A DNA stretch of 64,000 nt from Gnetum montanum (Eukaryota; Plantae; Gnetophyta): positions 1 through 64,000 of the forward strand of contig MNCI01000563.1 in the NCBI GenBank assembly GCA_015680685.1. Reading direction: 5' to 3'. Numbering within the stretch: position 1 is the first letter of the stretch; every line of letters starts with the position of its first letter. Positions 1-13,566 of this stretch are shown piece by piece. Under the pieces are notes generated by a model that did not search any database, had not been told where the DNA came from, and worked only from the letters and a program-made list of their open reading frames with translations. The position numbers and the translations under genes were made by a program.

Positions 1-2035
1 TAATATTAGAGATTTAGTAACTCCTAAAAATGTTGGGCAAGTAAGATCATTTTTTGATTTAGTAGGTTTTTATAGGAGGTTCATAAAATATTTTAGTGGT
101 ATGTCATGACCTATGTTTTCTTTACTTAAGAAGAATAAAAATTTTAGGTGGGATGATGAAACCCAAATAGGTTTTAACTTGTTGAAGGGAAAACTCACTA
201 GTGAATCAATTCTTGCAATACCAAATTTTTAGAAACATTTTAGATAGAGATGAATGCAAGTAAACTTGCCATTGGAGGGGTGCTTTCACGAGAAGGTGGA
301 GTTGTTGCTTTCTTTCAAAAATGTTGAATGAGTTAAGGTAAAAATATAGTATATATGAGAAGGAATTATATTCTATTTTTCAAGAAATTAAGCATTAGAG
401 GCATTACTTATTAATCAAGAAGTTCACCTTGACAAGTAAACACAAAGCACTTCAACTTCTTAATTTACAAAAAAAGTTAAATATCAAACACATGAAGTGG
501 ATGGCACAATTATATGAGTTCAATTTTATGCTCAAGCACAAGAGTGGAAATGCTAGTTTAGTGGATAATGCATTGTATAGGGTGCATGTGGTGAATTTCA
601 ATGTACCTCATGTGGAAGATATGAGTGATTTTGATTATTTTTATGAACATCATTCTAATTTTGGGTAGGTTTGGAAAATCCTCAAGGAAACATTGTTGAG
701 CAGGATAGACAAATGAAGGGACTATCATATTCAAAATAAACTATTACTAAAGAATTGAAAGGTTTATGTTTCCAATTATAAATTTAAAAAGAAAATTTTG
801 GTTGAAAAATATTATGGTGGCATGTTAGGTAACATGGGTAGAGATAAAACATTGGAGCTTGTAGGTAGGAATTATTTTTTGCCTAAAATGACCTCTAAAG
901 TCTTCAAATTTATGAGAGTTTGACATGTCATAAATTCAATCAAGATAAAGAAGTAGATGGGCATTATATGCCTTTTCTAATTCCCAAGGATCCTTTGAAA
1001 AGTATGTCAATGGAATTTTTGAGTGGGATTTTAAAGATCAAAAGTGGGAACAATGCTATCTTTGTAGTGGCATATTGATTCTCCAAGATGACATGCTTCA
1101 TTCCATGAAAAAAGGTAAGTGATCCATCTCATATTGAAAATTTGTTTTTCTATCATATTTTGAAGTTGCATGGGACTACTTTAAATATTCTTAGTAATAG
1201 AGACTCAAAGTTCACTAGTAATTTTTGAAGGTTCTTTTGGAAAATTTCATGAACAAAGTTGAATTTTTCTAGTGTATATCATTCACAATTTAATGGCAAA
1301 ATTGAAATGGTCAATAAATCATTGCTAAATATTTTAAGGTGTTTGTTTGAAGAATAGCCCAATACATGGGATAATTTCTTGTGTCATGCTAAACATCCCT
1401 ACAATAATTATTTTAATGTTGGTATTGGAAAGTATCAATTTGAAGTTAATTATGATCTTTATTGAAAGATGGTCAACAATATTAAGAGCTTTGATAGAGA
1501 AGCTCAATTGAGTGCTAATTTTGTGCAAGCAATGAAGGATCTTCATTCTTAAGTGAAGGAAAATCTTAAGAATATTGAAAAAAAAATCCTTAAGAGGAAT
1601 GAGCATAAGAGGAAGCATAAATTTGTTATTGATGATCTTGTTTGGATGCACTTGAAGAAAAATAGATTGAGAGGTATTAACCTCTTAAAATTGAAAGCCA
1701 AGAAGATGGATCCTTTTAGGATAAATGTCAAAATTAATGATAATATTTTTGAAATTGACTTATAAAATGATGTGGATATGTATTTTATTTTTAATGTTGC
1801 AAATCTTATGCATTACCATCGATTGGTAGGTGATGAAATCATACAGGGTAGTAGTAATGAGTTGAAGGTGGCTATTGAAACTTCCAAGCCTCCATAGAAG
1901 AGGAAGGTAATTATACTTAAAATGAAGGAAGCTTCCAGTAGTCATGGAGTGAATAGGCATGAGTACTTGATCCATTTGAAGGATCAAATTGTTGATGATG
2001 CTATATGAGTCTATGAGACCAAACTCATTAAGTGA
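1..2035 (+). pseudogene. gypsy pol remnant: RT C-terminus, RNase H, integrase, chromodomain
   Basis: Fragments: GFYRRFIKYFS (RT end), EKELYSIFQEIKH*RHYL / QKKLNIKHMKW (RNase H, CRM-like), KMDPFRINVKINDNIFEIDL (GPF-type integrase C-terminus), HEYLIHLKDQIVDDAI*V (chromodomain-like); many stops and frameshifts. Confidence 0.85.
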
Positions 2036-2100
2036 AAATTCACTTCTACCCTTGCTTCCTTGTTCACTTGAGTTCACTTTTTTAAGGGTGAAAGAGTGGG

Positions 2101-3050
2101 TGTAGGGACATCTCTTCTAAATCCATTTTCATTCCTATAAGAAAAAGATCAAAGGTTTTTGGTAGTCAAGAAGATATCTTGATCATCAAATAGATGTCTT
2201 ACCTAAAAGTTGAGATGTCACAAGAGATGTTTCAACTATCTAGGAGATGTCTTACTAGGAGAGGAGATGGCTTGTCTAGGAAAGAGACATCTTTGGAGAC
2301 ATATCTATCTTTGATAAGAGATGTCCATCCTATGAAGGAGACATCCTATCTTAAGAGGAAACATATTTTCAAGATAAGAGACATCTTCCTTGAGTCCAAT
2401 ATCTGATAGATATATATCTTATCAAGCCTAAAGACACCCTGTTTGGCTAGGAAAAGATTCTAGATGGCAATTCCAAGATGGAAAATTACTAGGAAAGATA
2501 AGATTAATATTGGAAACAACTAGGAATCTCCAAGTTGATTATAAAGAAATTTTTCCTAAATTTTTTCATCTTGTGATTAATAAATATTATTTTTGTGATT
2601 TTATATTTGTTATAAGAGTGTATGAGAGTTAGAAAAAGAGATTGCATGAGTAGTATGCATCTCTGTAGTTAATTATTTATGTGTATGTTTATTGGTCATT
2701 ATGATTCTTATATCTATTATATTTTAATCTTGTATATGAAGGAGGGATCTAGATCAATTATTCCTTTCATTAAGGTTAATCTTGTGTGTGGTTGTAGAGC
2801 CTCATGCTCTAGAATATCATTGTGTGTGTGTATTATTATTTGTGGATTTTTGAATCCACTATAATTGTAACTTTCGTTTAGAATTAATTGAAGATAACTA
2901 GTTTTAGAGGTTTCTAGAAATTCAATTATCTTTCATATATTCTATATTTAGTATGTCTAAAGGGATATATCATATTGAACTAACCTTGCTCTAATCTCTT
3001 CTTAGATCATCTTCAAAGTTTTGTTTTAGCACTATTTTCTATTTACTACA
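2101..3050 (+). repeat. 3' LTR of the CRM-like element
   Basis: Directly after the PPT; terminal inverted pentamer TGTAG/CTACA; internal short AGA(G/C)AT(G/C)T sub-repeats at ~2170-2420. Confidence 0.75.
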
Positions 3051-3110
3051 TGACCATGCCTTCACCACAAATTCACTAAGACTCGTAGTACATGTAGAGA
3101 TATTTCCATT

Positions 3111-3876
3111 CAACCACAATCTCATCACTTCACATGGTGAGCAACAAAAACCTCATGCCCCATGGTAAGAAACCATGATATTATTACAACTTGTGGTAGG
3201 AGATCATGACTCCTAGTCTACTAGTGGTGTTTTTGCAACAATCCCACAACTCATGATCTTCTCATGGAAAAAACTTAAAGTATAAGGAGGAATCATGGAG
3301 GCAAAAATACTCATCGCAACCTAATCATGACTTGTGATCAACTCATGGTATTTAAAAAGTTCATTTTTCTTTGATTGAAATAGATCATGATCCATGATGG
3401 GCTAATGGTATAATAGCATGACTTGATCATGACTCATTGTATTACAAACCACAACTTACTTGTCCCTCATGGTTGATTTGTGGTGGTTCANGTCAACCAC
3501 AATCTCATCACTTCACATGGTGAGCAACAAAAACCTCATGCCCCATGGTAAGAAACCATGACATTATTACAACTTGTGGTAGGAGATCATGACTCCTAGT
3601 CTAATTGTGGTTTTTTTCTTGCAACAATCCCACAACTCATGATCTTCTCATGAAACAAACTTAAAGTACAAGGAGGAATCATGCAGGCCAAAATGCTCAT
3701 CACAACCTAATCATGACTTATGATCAACTCATGGTATTCAAAAATTTCATTTTTCTTTGATTCAAATAGATCATGATCCATGACGGGTTGATGGTATAAT
3801 AGCATGACTTGATCATGAATCATTGTATTACAAACCATAACTTACTTGTCCCTCATCATTGATTTGTGGTGGTTCA
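3111..3876. repeat. ~380-bp tandem duplication around a single N
   Basis: 3111-3490 and 3494-3876 are collinear copies (CAACCACAATCTCATCAC...TGGTGGTTCA) with scattered substitutions, joined at N3491. Confidence 0.9.
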
Positions 3877-4959
3877 AATTGACTCTATTAAAGTTGAAAT
3901 TTCTATAGTAGCAAGATCAAAGAGATCTTATTTCATTTCTAACCTTTGACACATGTTAGTACTCTTTCTTGGTTGTACATGTGTGCACATATCTTTTGGT
4001 CATGTCTCTTGGGTGATTACTAAAGATGTACTTTTTATGCTTCTAACCTTTAGACTAACATGATTTATGCACTTATGTTTTATTCACAAGTTCTGTAAAA
4101 TTTAAGGTGTAGTCCAAGTTGGATCCACTCTAGAACACTTGGCTACCTCTAGACTCAATGATGGTGTCAAGTGGTGCTTATTCAAAGTAGGGTTATTACA
4201 CTTGGTATTACATTCACAATTGTGAATTGTGGTTGATTAACTATGGTTGGTATTTTTGGTTTGTGATTTAAGATTGATGGTAATTCAAGATTCAAGGTCA
4301 TGATTTTTTTCTCATGACTTTTGTTCTACTATGGTATATAAGAAGAACAAAGGAAGGTAAAATCTTGATAATGCTCCTCTTGGTCCTAACCTACATCATG
4401 GACTAGTTAAAGATGATGATTGAGATAATCATATGCATGAGGAGATGCATGATGATGTTAATGTATACAAGAAAATGCATGAGGAAGAGGATGTTCAAAT
4501 GACTTGTAAGAGGGATATTGATGAATCCTTTGAAAATTTGCAAAAACTATGGGAATAGTTATTATGAATAGGTAGCATAATCAATCTACATGCAACATAG
4601 GAGGCTTAAATGGTTCAAGATCTAGTTGATCTCATGGAAGTCCATTTCCTACTGATGTTGGGCTTTAGCACCAAACATAAACATATGCTTACCTATAACT
4701 TTATGCTAAGGAACCAAGCAAAGTGCCTTAGGGATGTTATTAATGATTTTTAACTTACCCTAAAGGAGCTTCGATATAAAAGGAAAAGAGTTGAGATCAT
4801 TAATAGAAACCTAGAAAGCCTTGATTGAAAGCTAAAAAATGATATTGAGTGCTTAAAAATTAATTAGGAATTGAGATTGAGGGTTTGACAAATCAATTAA
4901 TCATATAAGAAAGGGTAATAGCATTGGAACTGATTTGGTTAGTTTTCAAGTTCTAATAA

Positions 4960-5460
4960 AAGAAGCTAATAGTTTATGAGGGCAATAGATATGATATAGT
5001 TATTAATTCTTTTCTTGTTAAGGAGTTCTTGGAAATGTACAAGCGTGTTGAAGAAAAACAATCTTATATTACTACCTAATTCTGAGGTGGAATTGCAAAA
5101 GCATGGTTTCTTAACATTCTTCAAGAAGAAAAAGATGGAATAGTTAAACCCATAAGAACCTAGAATCAATTTAAAAAACATTTGATTGAGAACTTTCATC
5201 TGAGAACTTCTATTAACAAAGCCTAAGAAAGGTTTAAAAAACTCCATCACACTAGGGGGCTAGAGGAATATATTTGGAAGTATCAAAATCTTATTATATA
5301 AATTATAAATATGGATGAGGTTACCAATATATACTATTTCTCAACAATCTCAAGCCTTTAATTTAACATGAATTCAAAAACAAAAAAATCATAGGATACA
5401 GAGAGGAAATCCAACTTGCTAATAGTTCTATGGATTACACATTAGGCAAGAAAGATAAGG
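4960..5460 (+). pseudogene. retrotransposon gag remnant (Galadriel-like)
   Basis: Manual translation GGIAKAWF...IRT*NQFKKHLIENF...KA*ERFKKLHHTRGLEEYIWKYQNLII*IINMDE fits the chromovirus gag pattern AKLWW...TWxxxKKEL...LKHTGSIREY...DMSE. Confidence 0.65.
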
Positions 5461-6016
5461 ATGTCATAAAATAACAATAAGAAAGTAAGAAAGAGAGTAA
5501 CAAGCCTTGGAAAGGAGATGGATAGAACAATTATGGTGGTATTAAGATCTCATTTGTTATCCTTAAATGAGGTAATAATTCCTCTTGGGGTATGAGAAAG
5601 ATCAAGGTTCTTAAGAGAAAAATGAATGTTGGAATAAAAAACCTTATTTTAGAGGATCTTCCTAATATCCTTTGAGGTATAGAGGTTTAAAGTGCTATTT
5701 TTTTAGAAGAGAGAATTATGCTCAAGAATGCTCTCAAAATTCTTAATTTAGAGATGGAAAAAATGGTGAAGATGAGAATCATAGATTGAATGTAACTAAA
5801 CATGAGCCTTATGCTCCATTGATGATTTTCCATGATAATCACTAAGAAAAAGAGACAAAACTTTTAGATTCCATGTAACAAGTGCATGAGGACCTGACCA
5901 CCTTGGTGAGGTGGGAAATTTGATGTTTAAACATGATATCATATGTTAAGGAGAATGGATCACATTCAACTTGGTGCTATCACTTCCTTTTTGAATTGAT
6001 TTCTCTTTTAAGAAAA

Positions 6017-7015
6017 TGATGAGTCATGAATTGATTACACCCATGATATCGCATACGCGATATCATAGCCTATCTCCTCATCCATAAATAAGAGGTAGGA
6101 AGATTTGGTAGGCATTTTTTGAAGTTTTTATGTCTAATTTTAGTAGTTTGTAGAGACTTTTTTGTCAATTTTTTTTCTCTCAACCCTTTTCTCCCAATGC
6201 ATGCCTGCAGTGTGATGATTGTAATTGTATCGCATCCTTATTCGAGTGTCATGTACTTGGACATGCACATGATCGACAATAAATATTAAGATTACTTCAT
6301 CGTTAGAGCATCCACTTAGCTTAATTATTTAATTGTTATTGTTATCTATTTATTTCTTAGTTAATATCTCTTTACCCTTATCTCCTAGTAAAGTGAAATG
6401 AGTACGACTTAATCATGAGCATTTAAGTGTGACTACTTTGTAACCCAGTAGCATACCTAGGCCATGTGCTTGGTAATCCTAGTGGTAGTCGTGCACAAGG
6501 TCCAAGCTGTGTACACATGATTAAGGAATAAATGCTTATTGCACTTAGGCTAGTGTAGATTCTCTCTCATTCTCTCTCCTAGCTTAGTTCATATTATTTA
6601 CCATCATACCGAGGAGTAGCATTAGGGGGGGTGTTGGACCCCGAAAAGAAGTTCTATTGATATTAATAGTGTATCAATTACATTAACCTGAACAAGTCAT
6701 AGGGTTAAGGAAAAAGGGGAAGCTTAGAGCACTATGCAGGAAACTCTGACTAGCCTTATAAATAAGCAAGTATTAAGGGAGGAAACCCTAATTGGGGGTA
6801 GGAGTAGCATTAGTATAGGAACACATCATACACCTCCCTCTAGACTAAACCATATGTGAAAAAGTTAATAGTAGTCTAGGTGGGAAGACAACAAACTATG
6901 ATCTATGAGTAACTGTCTAGATACCACAACTAGTCGGTCTATGAAGTTTGACCAGATCATCTGTGAAACACTTGTATTCGTATGGTTGAGTGTAGGGGTA
7001 CCTCGCCACTCATTA
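6017..7015 (+). repeat. 5' LTR of Athila-like element
   Basis: Collinear with 13567-14405; carries an extra 188-bp segment. Confidence 0.9.
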
Positions 7016-7036
7016 TTGGTGCCATTACTGGGGATG
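7016..7036 (+). promoter_or_regulatory. Primer binding site, tRNA-Asp type (Athila)
   Basis: TTGGTGCCATTACTGGGGATG is a transition-mutated version of TGGCGCCGTTGCCGGGGA, immediately after the LTR. Confidence 0.8.
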
Positions 7037-7156
7037 GTGCTAGTTATCTAGGTTAGTTATATCATACAAGGTCATTGTATAGGAATTAACGATACATCTT
7101 TTAGGAAGAAATAATTACAAAAAGTCACAAACAAATTCACACACAATTGCACAACC

Positions 7157-8167
7157 ATGCCTCTCCTACAAGATTACAATAATTCCATATCTAGTGAGGC
7201 AATTCATTGGAGAAGCAAAAAAGTATATGACAATGAAGATTGGAGTACTCAATCTGAGGTGGGGGATTCTTATAAACATAAAAAAAGGCAAGATCGTCCC
7301 AATGTAGGAAAGCATAACTTACTCAATGATGATGAACCCCTATTGGCCACTACAAGCCCAACGCAAATACAAGAGGCTGTTCAAATCTCCTGTAGGCATC
7401 GTAAAGAGAGTCGCCTACCCAGGCTTGATTTAAACAACTTTCCCAATTTCTCAGGAGGCTATGACTTAGATCTGCAACAACATTTGCAAGGCTTCTACGA
7501 TTCCTGTGCATGGAACAACATTGATAACGATTAGCAAAAACTCAATCTCTTTCCTATGACACTTGTTGGCCAAGAAAAAGTATGGTATAGATCGTTAAAG
7601 CCAAATTCAATACGATGTTGGCCAACAATGGTAGAACTCTTTAATAAAAGATATCAAACCTATGCAAGAGTGTCAACCTTGAGGAAACAAATCCAAGATT
7701 GGAAACAAGCACAACATGAACCCTTGGACATGGCATTAGAAAGATATTATGCACTATTAAACAACTATCCAGGCCATGAGTTCTCTGAGGAAAGGCTAAT
7801 GTACCATATCATTGATGGGCTTCATGATGAAACAAGAGAGATCCTAGGGATGTATGTCCAAGGTCAACTATACAAACTATGAACCAATCAATTCCAAGAT
7901 CTTATTAAGAGGGTAGCAAAAGAAGAAGGAGAAATGGCTAGATGGGAGAGTGTTGAAAAACATCAACAGGACCAAAATCTCAACTTAACAGAGGTCCATA
8001 ATCACAAAAATGGGAAATCAACCTATCTTAAGAAGGAAGAACCATCTTTGCCAGTACAACAATCATTAGAGGAAATCAAGGAAAAGATCAATAAGATGCT
8101 GGAATGGATGCATAAAAAGTGTGGAGAATATATTAATATTATTGGAGATAGAGCTTTGACAACCTGA
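7157..8167 (+). pseudogene. Athila-type gag
   Basis: ORF pieces 7157-7534, 7556-7882, 7934-8167: LFPMTL...VWYRSLKPNSIRCW...LRKQIQDWKQAQHEPL...ERYYALLNNYPGH (retrotransposon gag pattern). Confidence 0.85.
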
Positions 8168-10311
8168 GAAGCAAGAAAAAATATCATTAGACAATCGAAA
8201 AGAAGGGATGGAGAAAATAAGAGCTCAACTGCCAATCATACGTATGAATGCAACATTTTCCTATACGATCACCCCAAGGGCCAATGCCTAATCTTGTTAC
8301 ATTTATATGAGCATTGGGGAAGCATGTTACACCGAGAGTTCATACACAGATACTGTGTTTGATCATAGTGGCAACAATCCCAGTCATGGAGGAAGCAATC
8401 CCTAAACTGGAGATACCCTTCGTATCATCTAAATCCAAATGTCTATCTAGTCCAACATCTTGTTTCCCTGACTGGGTCAACATACTTTATCTCACTGCAT
8501 TATTACTCCCCTCAGTACTATCAGCCCATGTCCTCAACACAACCACCACCTTGTGTACCTTACACTTCTCCTAAATTTCAACATTCTCATCCTTTCCCTC
8601 CTTCTACATTTCCACCAACTGTTCTTGAAGTGTTTGCACCACAACAACAACCCACGAACATTACTTGTGCTACTAATGCCAATAGCAGTGAGAGACCTCC
8701 TCAACATCAAAGGAGTCCCTTCTTTAGACATGACTATAGGAAGGGACAACATAGTTCCATAGCCACTACATTCTCCAACTTAACACAAGTCCAAAACTAT
8801 GGTGCATCCTTCTCTTTGAACCCAACGCCTCATGTCACTTCATCAGGGGCACTAATTAACACTCCAACAACCATATGGTCCAATGAATATATCCATGGAG
8901 AGTGACATCCTGATCCTTTCATACCATCTTACAGTCTGAAGTATCATAGTGGCTCAACTCTTTACCTAGGAATCACATCTTATAAATTGCCCCACTATGC
9001 TCACTATAATCAGGTGTGTGAACCCCAATGGGGTAAGTATGNGGTTATCAAGTCTCGAGCGATCAATTATTTGGACAGTGAGCCCATTACACCCACTCAT
9101 CCATCCTACAAATAAGAGGTTCTATTCAAGGGTACAGTGATATTCTTGACATTCTTAAAACTTAAAATTAATTTTGTATTCATTATACCTAGCATGGGGA
9201 GGGATGAATTAAGAGGGAATGATTAGGGTGTGACATCAAGGAGACTTATAGATTTCCCTTGGTGATGTTTGTGAGAGTTATTATGCAATGTGGTTGCACT
9301 AAGATCCTTGAAGATCTAATGCAAAATTGGAGTAAGAGTAATCAAATGGCACTCAAAAATCCAATGTTGTTCTAGGGGATCCCACTGGAAAGACATGCAC
9401 CCATGCCTAAAGGTTCGTGGCTTCTTTAGATTCAGCAATCAAAAAAGAAAAACAAAACAACAACAAAAAAAGAAGGTGCCACAAAGAAAAATTCACTCCT
9501 CCCTTGAACAAAATGCCAAGTGATCATATGCCTTGTTGTTCTGGTACTCTCATAGTCACTCATCATGGGATGAAACAATGTGGTGTCACTGATCAAAGGA
9601 ATGGACTTGGTCTTGATCTTGGAATGACAAGTTAATGACACATTAATCATGCTTTACACATAGGATTCATTGTGCCCTGGGTTAGTTACCTCATGTCCCA
9701 ATCTCTACAATCCCTTCTATAGTCCATCTCATCTCGTTATTCATGTAATTGTAGCTCATGTCTCATATAGCGTAGAATTCATGCCTCATTCTGGTGATAC
9801 TTACATGTGTGTATTTTGTGGAACCAGTGTGGATTACATTTAACCCTTCCAGTGCCTATGAACATTTTAAGGTGTGGTTACACAAGGGCATTATAGGTTG
9901 GAACCTACTTTGGGGAGGACCCACTTGCATAATTTTTTGTAGTTTGCACTCATAACAAATCTTCCATACACCATCTATTACCCTCAGCATATTTTCAACA
10001 ATATTCTTTCCCTTATTACTATCCCTCTAATTCAAATGTTCCTATGAACCATCATGTAGCCTTTTTCTCTCCCTTACCACCCTAGGTCCTTATTGATAAA
10101 TTCCATACCATCATAATTTTTGTGCCTTTAAAACTATTTGAATTACCCTGGAACCTTTTAACACTCATCTAACTGTCCTTAATTTACATTATTAATTTCA
10201 AAAAAAATATTTAAAATTCGGTATATTCTATTAAGTGCCCTAACATCAATAGGCTGCAATATCATGTCCACAATATCGTGGATGTCATATCGCATTCCAA
10301 ATATATATATA

Positions 10312-10677
10312 NNNNNNNNNNNNNNNNNNNNNNNNNNNNNNNNNNNNNNNNNNNNNNNNNNNNNNNNNNNNNNNNNNNNNNNNNNNNNNNNNNNNNNNNN
10401 NNNNNNNNNNNNNNNNNNNNNNNNNNNNNNNNNNNNNNNNNNNNNNNNNNNNNNNNNNNNNNNNNNNNNNNNNNNNNNNNNNNNNNNNNNNNNNNNNNNN
10501 NNNNNNNNNNNNNNNNNNNNNNNNNNNNNNNNNNNNNNNNNNNNNNNNNNNNNNNNNNNNNNNNNNNNNNNNNNNNNNNNNNNNNNNNNNNNNNNNNNNN
10601 NNNNNNNNNNNNNNNNNNNNNNNNNNNNNNNNNNNNNNNNNNNNNNNNNNNNNNNNNNNNNNNNNNNNNNNNNNNNN
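10312..10677. other. assembly gap
   Basis: run of N. Confidence 1.
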
Positions 10678-13375
10678 AAGTTCCTGCCAGACAACATGCA
10701 AAGCAGGAGGAAAAATCATTTAGTATCCACCAAGAAGACCCTGCTACTATACAATCAAGGCAAGCAAAAGGAGGAACTACTGCAACGTCTGAACAGCGAC
10801 GACATCTCATGTTGCCCCAGGATTGTGTTCAGGCCATCCATGAAAGGTCCATCTTCACTACAGTGATTGTGGAATTAAACTAGAGGCTGTTAGGGATCAC
10901 CTTAAAGGGTTCCCATTATGGCCTACCCTCTCTGAAAGTGGTGTTTGGTACTTAGGGAAAACATACCAATTTTGGCACAATAAAGAACAAGGCACCACAG
11001 TTAACTTCTCTGAAAGTGTTGTGACTGTTGACTTCTCTGTTCAAGCCATTTCAAAAGCATTAAACCTTTCAAATACAGGGCCAAAGGTGCTTAGTTGTCT
11101 ACCTTCTTAGACCTTGATGCGAGACGAGTTTGGCTAGAAAGGGCATATGGCAAGGAAGATAATACATTTGGGGAGTTGACGATGGAAGAGAGGATTTACC
11201 TCAAAATAGGGACTTATCACATCTTTCCCACAAAAGGCTTAAAGAGAATTTCAACATATGTGGTAAGAGGATGTGCAGTGTTAATGGGAAAGGTTAATGC
11301 TAACATGCCTCATCTATATTTTACGGAGATCTTGAGACAGTTTGAAGAATGAAAGATAAGGAAGTTTGTGTTGCTCTTCCCTCATATTATCAGGAAGCTA
11401 TGTATATGTGCTGGTATTAGAGGATACACCAATGATGTCCTCTGAAAAGCTCAAAATGCTTTGTATGATGAACTGTTAAAACCACCAACTACAAGGAAAA
11501 TAACTGGTGAGATGTTGGGTCCAGAACAAGAAAGAGAACAGATGGCAAGGCCAACAGCAACTCAACTTGTAGGACCTAGCCAACTTCCAAGCATGAGACC
11601 CAACCAACAATAAGAAGCAGGACCTAGAATGGGCTATCAGGATTAACCACCACCACCACCGCAAGATTACAGACCATCGATGAGCCATCTTAGGGCCATT
11701 GCTGAGATGGTCAGTTGAGGAAGTAGTGATGATGAAAATCTCTTCCACATCATCGATGATGTTGTACAGCCTATAGTTTCTATAGATCGTGTGCAAGGTG
11801 AAGTGTCCATTCAAAGAGGAGGAGGAGAGATCACTTGGTCACAATAGATTTTAGGAAATGCTGTGTCCTTTCAGGTGCAGTTAGAAATTGGTGAAGGGGC
11901 CACAGTGGTGGCCATGAAGCACTAGGATGTAGTAGGAGCTGCAAAAGTGGTCATAGACCACATTAAAGAATCATTCAATGTACCTATTGTGCCACCAGTA
12001 GATCTTATAGGAGCACAGGATGCTTAAACTCTGGTCAGTACCTCAATGACTTCTGTGGAACATGAGGATGTACTTGACCGATTATTACAAATAGGATAGG
12101 TAATGACATCCTTGTTTGACATCCCACAAAATGTTACAGCAATATAATCAAACCTCATTTCCACCAAAGGGAAGCTGGTCTTGATAGAGATGAGGGCCAA
12201 GCATGGCAAAGTAGAAGTGCAAAGATTGCAAGAAAGGCTTGCAAGCAGCACAGCAGGATCCTTCTCAATTTCTTCCCATAGATTAGTTGGACACTTTCAG
12301 AACTAAGCAACTTACCAAACCATTGACAGAGAATAAGAAGGTGGTGGAAGAAAAAGAGAAGGATGTTTGGGATGCCTCTATTGCACAAGCATAAACTTAC
12401 ATGCACACCAAGGCACTCAAATCCTTATAAGAAGAAAACAAGCAATTTTTTGCTAACAACCTTCAGTTCACCTCTGTGGAGAAACAAAAGAATGTTCTCA
12501 AAGAACATTTTCAAAAATTTCAAAAATAACTAATTAGGATCAACCAGGACATGAATCATTTAGCCAAGGAAAATCAAACCCTCTCAATGGAGGAGGTATG
12601 CACCATCTGTTAGAAGATGGCCATTGAAATAAGCGCGTGGCATAATGAGGCTAAACTACATGAGAAACTAAAGGGGCATTTCTAGGACTAAGTGGGGATG
12701 TATAAACAAATCATCAAGAAGAAGATCCATATGACCAAGGCCTACATCAATGCTCTCAATGCTCAACACACTAACTGGTGGACCATATTGGACACATACG
12801 CATTTGTCCACTAGGAAGAAGTTAAGAGTCGAGACCTGTAGATCCAGGACCTTACAAAATACATGGAGTTGGCAAACCTACGGTATGCCAACCTTGCCAT
12901 GTTAACAGTAGGATGCCCAAAAATAGAGCTCACGCAACAGGTAGCCACCACCTATGTCAAATATGAAACATAATTTGCAGAATGCAAGAAATTATTGCAA
13001 AAATTGGAGGTTGCAAATTTTGAACTAAAGGTGGTTAAAGCAAGCTACTAGGGGCAGAAAGGTGTCGCAACAGACTTGGCTTGATGGCTTGTAGATTTTC
13101 AGAAATATAGAGACAAAGCTAGAGCTTACGAGAAGGAATGGCAGGTGTTTGTAGCCTGGTATGTCAAAGCAAATAAAATGTTTCTATAACTATCATGCCC
13201 ATGGGAGGTGCCAACTCCATCAAACATTTGAACATTGGCATAGATGAAATAGGATCCCTAAACTAAAGAGGAGAAACTCCAATACATACTTCAATGCCAT
13301 CAAATCCCAAGATGTGGAGCACAAGACAAGGGAAACGCACCTATGGAGGAGCCACTGCCACCAAGAACTACATGA
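10678..13375 (+). pseudogene. Athila extra (env-like/'putative plant transposon protein') ORF with long coiled-coil C-terminus
   Basis: Manual translation: YQFWHN...VTVDFSVQAISKALNL, GKVNANMPHLYFTEI...LLFPHIIRKLCICAGI; ~12450-13375 reads in one frame with stops explicable as C>T changes at CAA/CAG/CGA. Confidence 0.7.
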
Positions 13376-13566
13376 GTTCCACCAATTTTGTAGCTATAGG
13401 AATTTCTTTTGCATTCTCATTGTTTTTTCTCAATTTTTTTTTGATTTCACATTGCAGCATGAACCCATTCTTGTCAGTCAATAATCCCATACCTATCCAC
13501 TATGTAATCAATGGAGCTTGTTCTCACTTTAACTCGAGGATGATTTTTCATTCAGTCGTGGGGGTA

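Larger units (their letters stand above)
1..3050 (+). mobile_element. 3' part of Ty3/gypsy chromovirus (CRM-like), degenerate
   Basis: pol remnants followed by purine tract (~2085-2100, AAGGGTGAAAGAGTGGG) and an LTR bounded by TGTAG...CTACA (2101-3050); 5' end lies outside the window. Confidence 0.85.

Noticed and set aside
10179-10883. Long ORFs spanning 10.2-10.9 kb and 42.2-43.8 kb in the ORF track
   Set aside because: Lengths are artefacts of N runs translated as X
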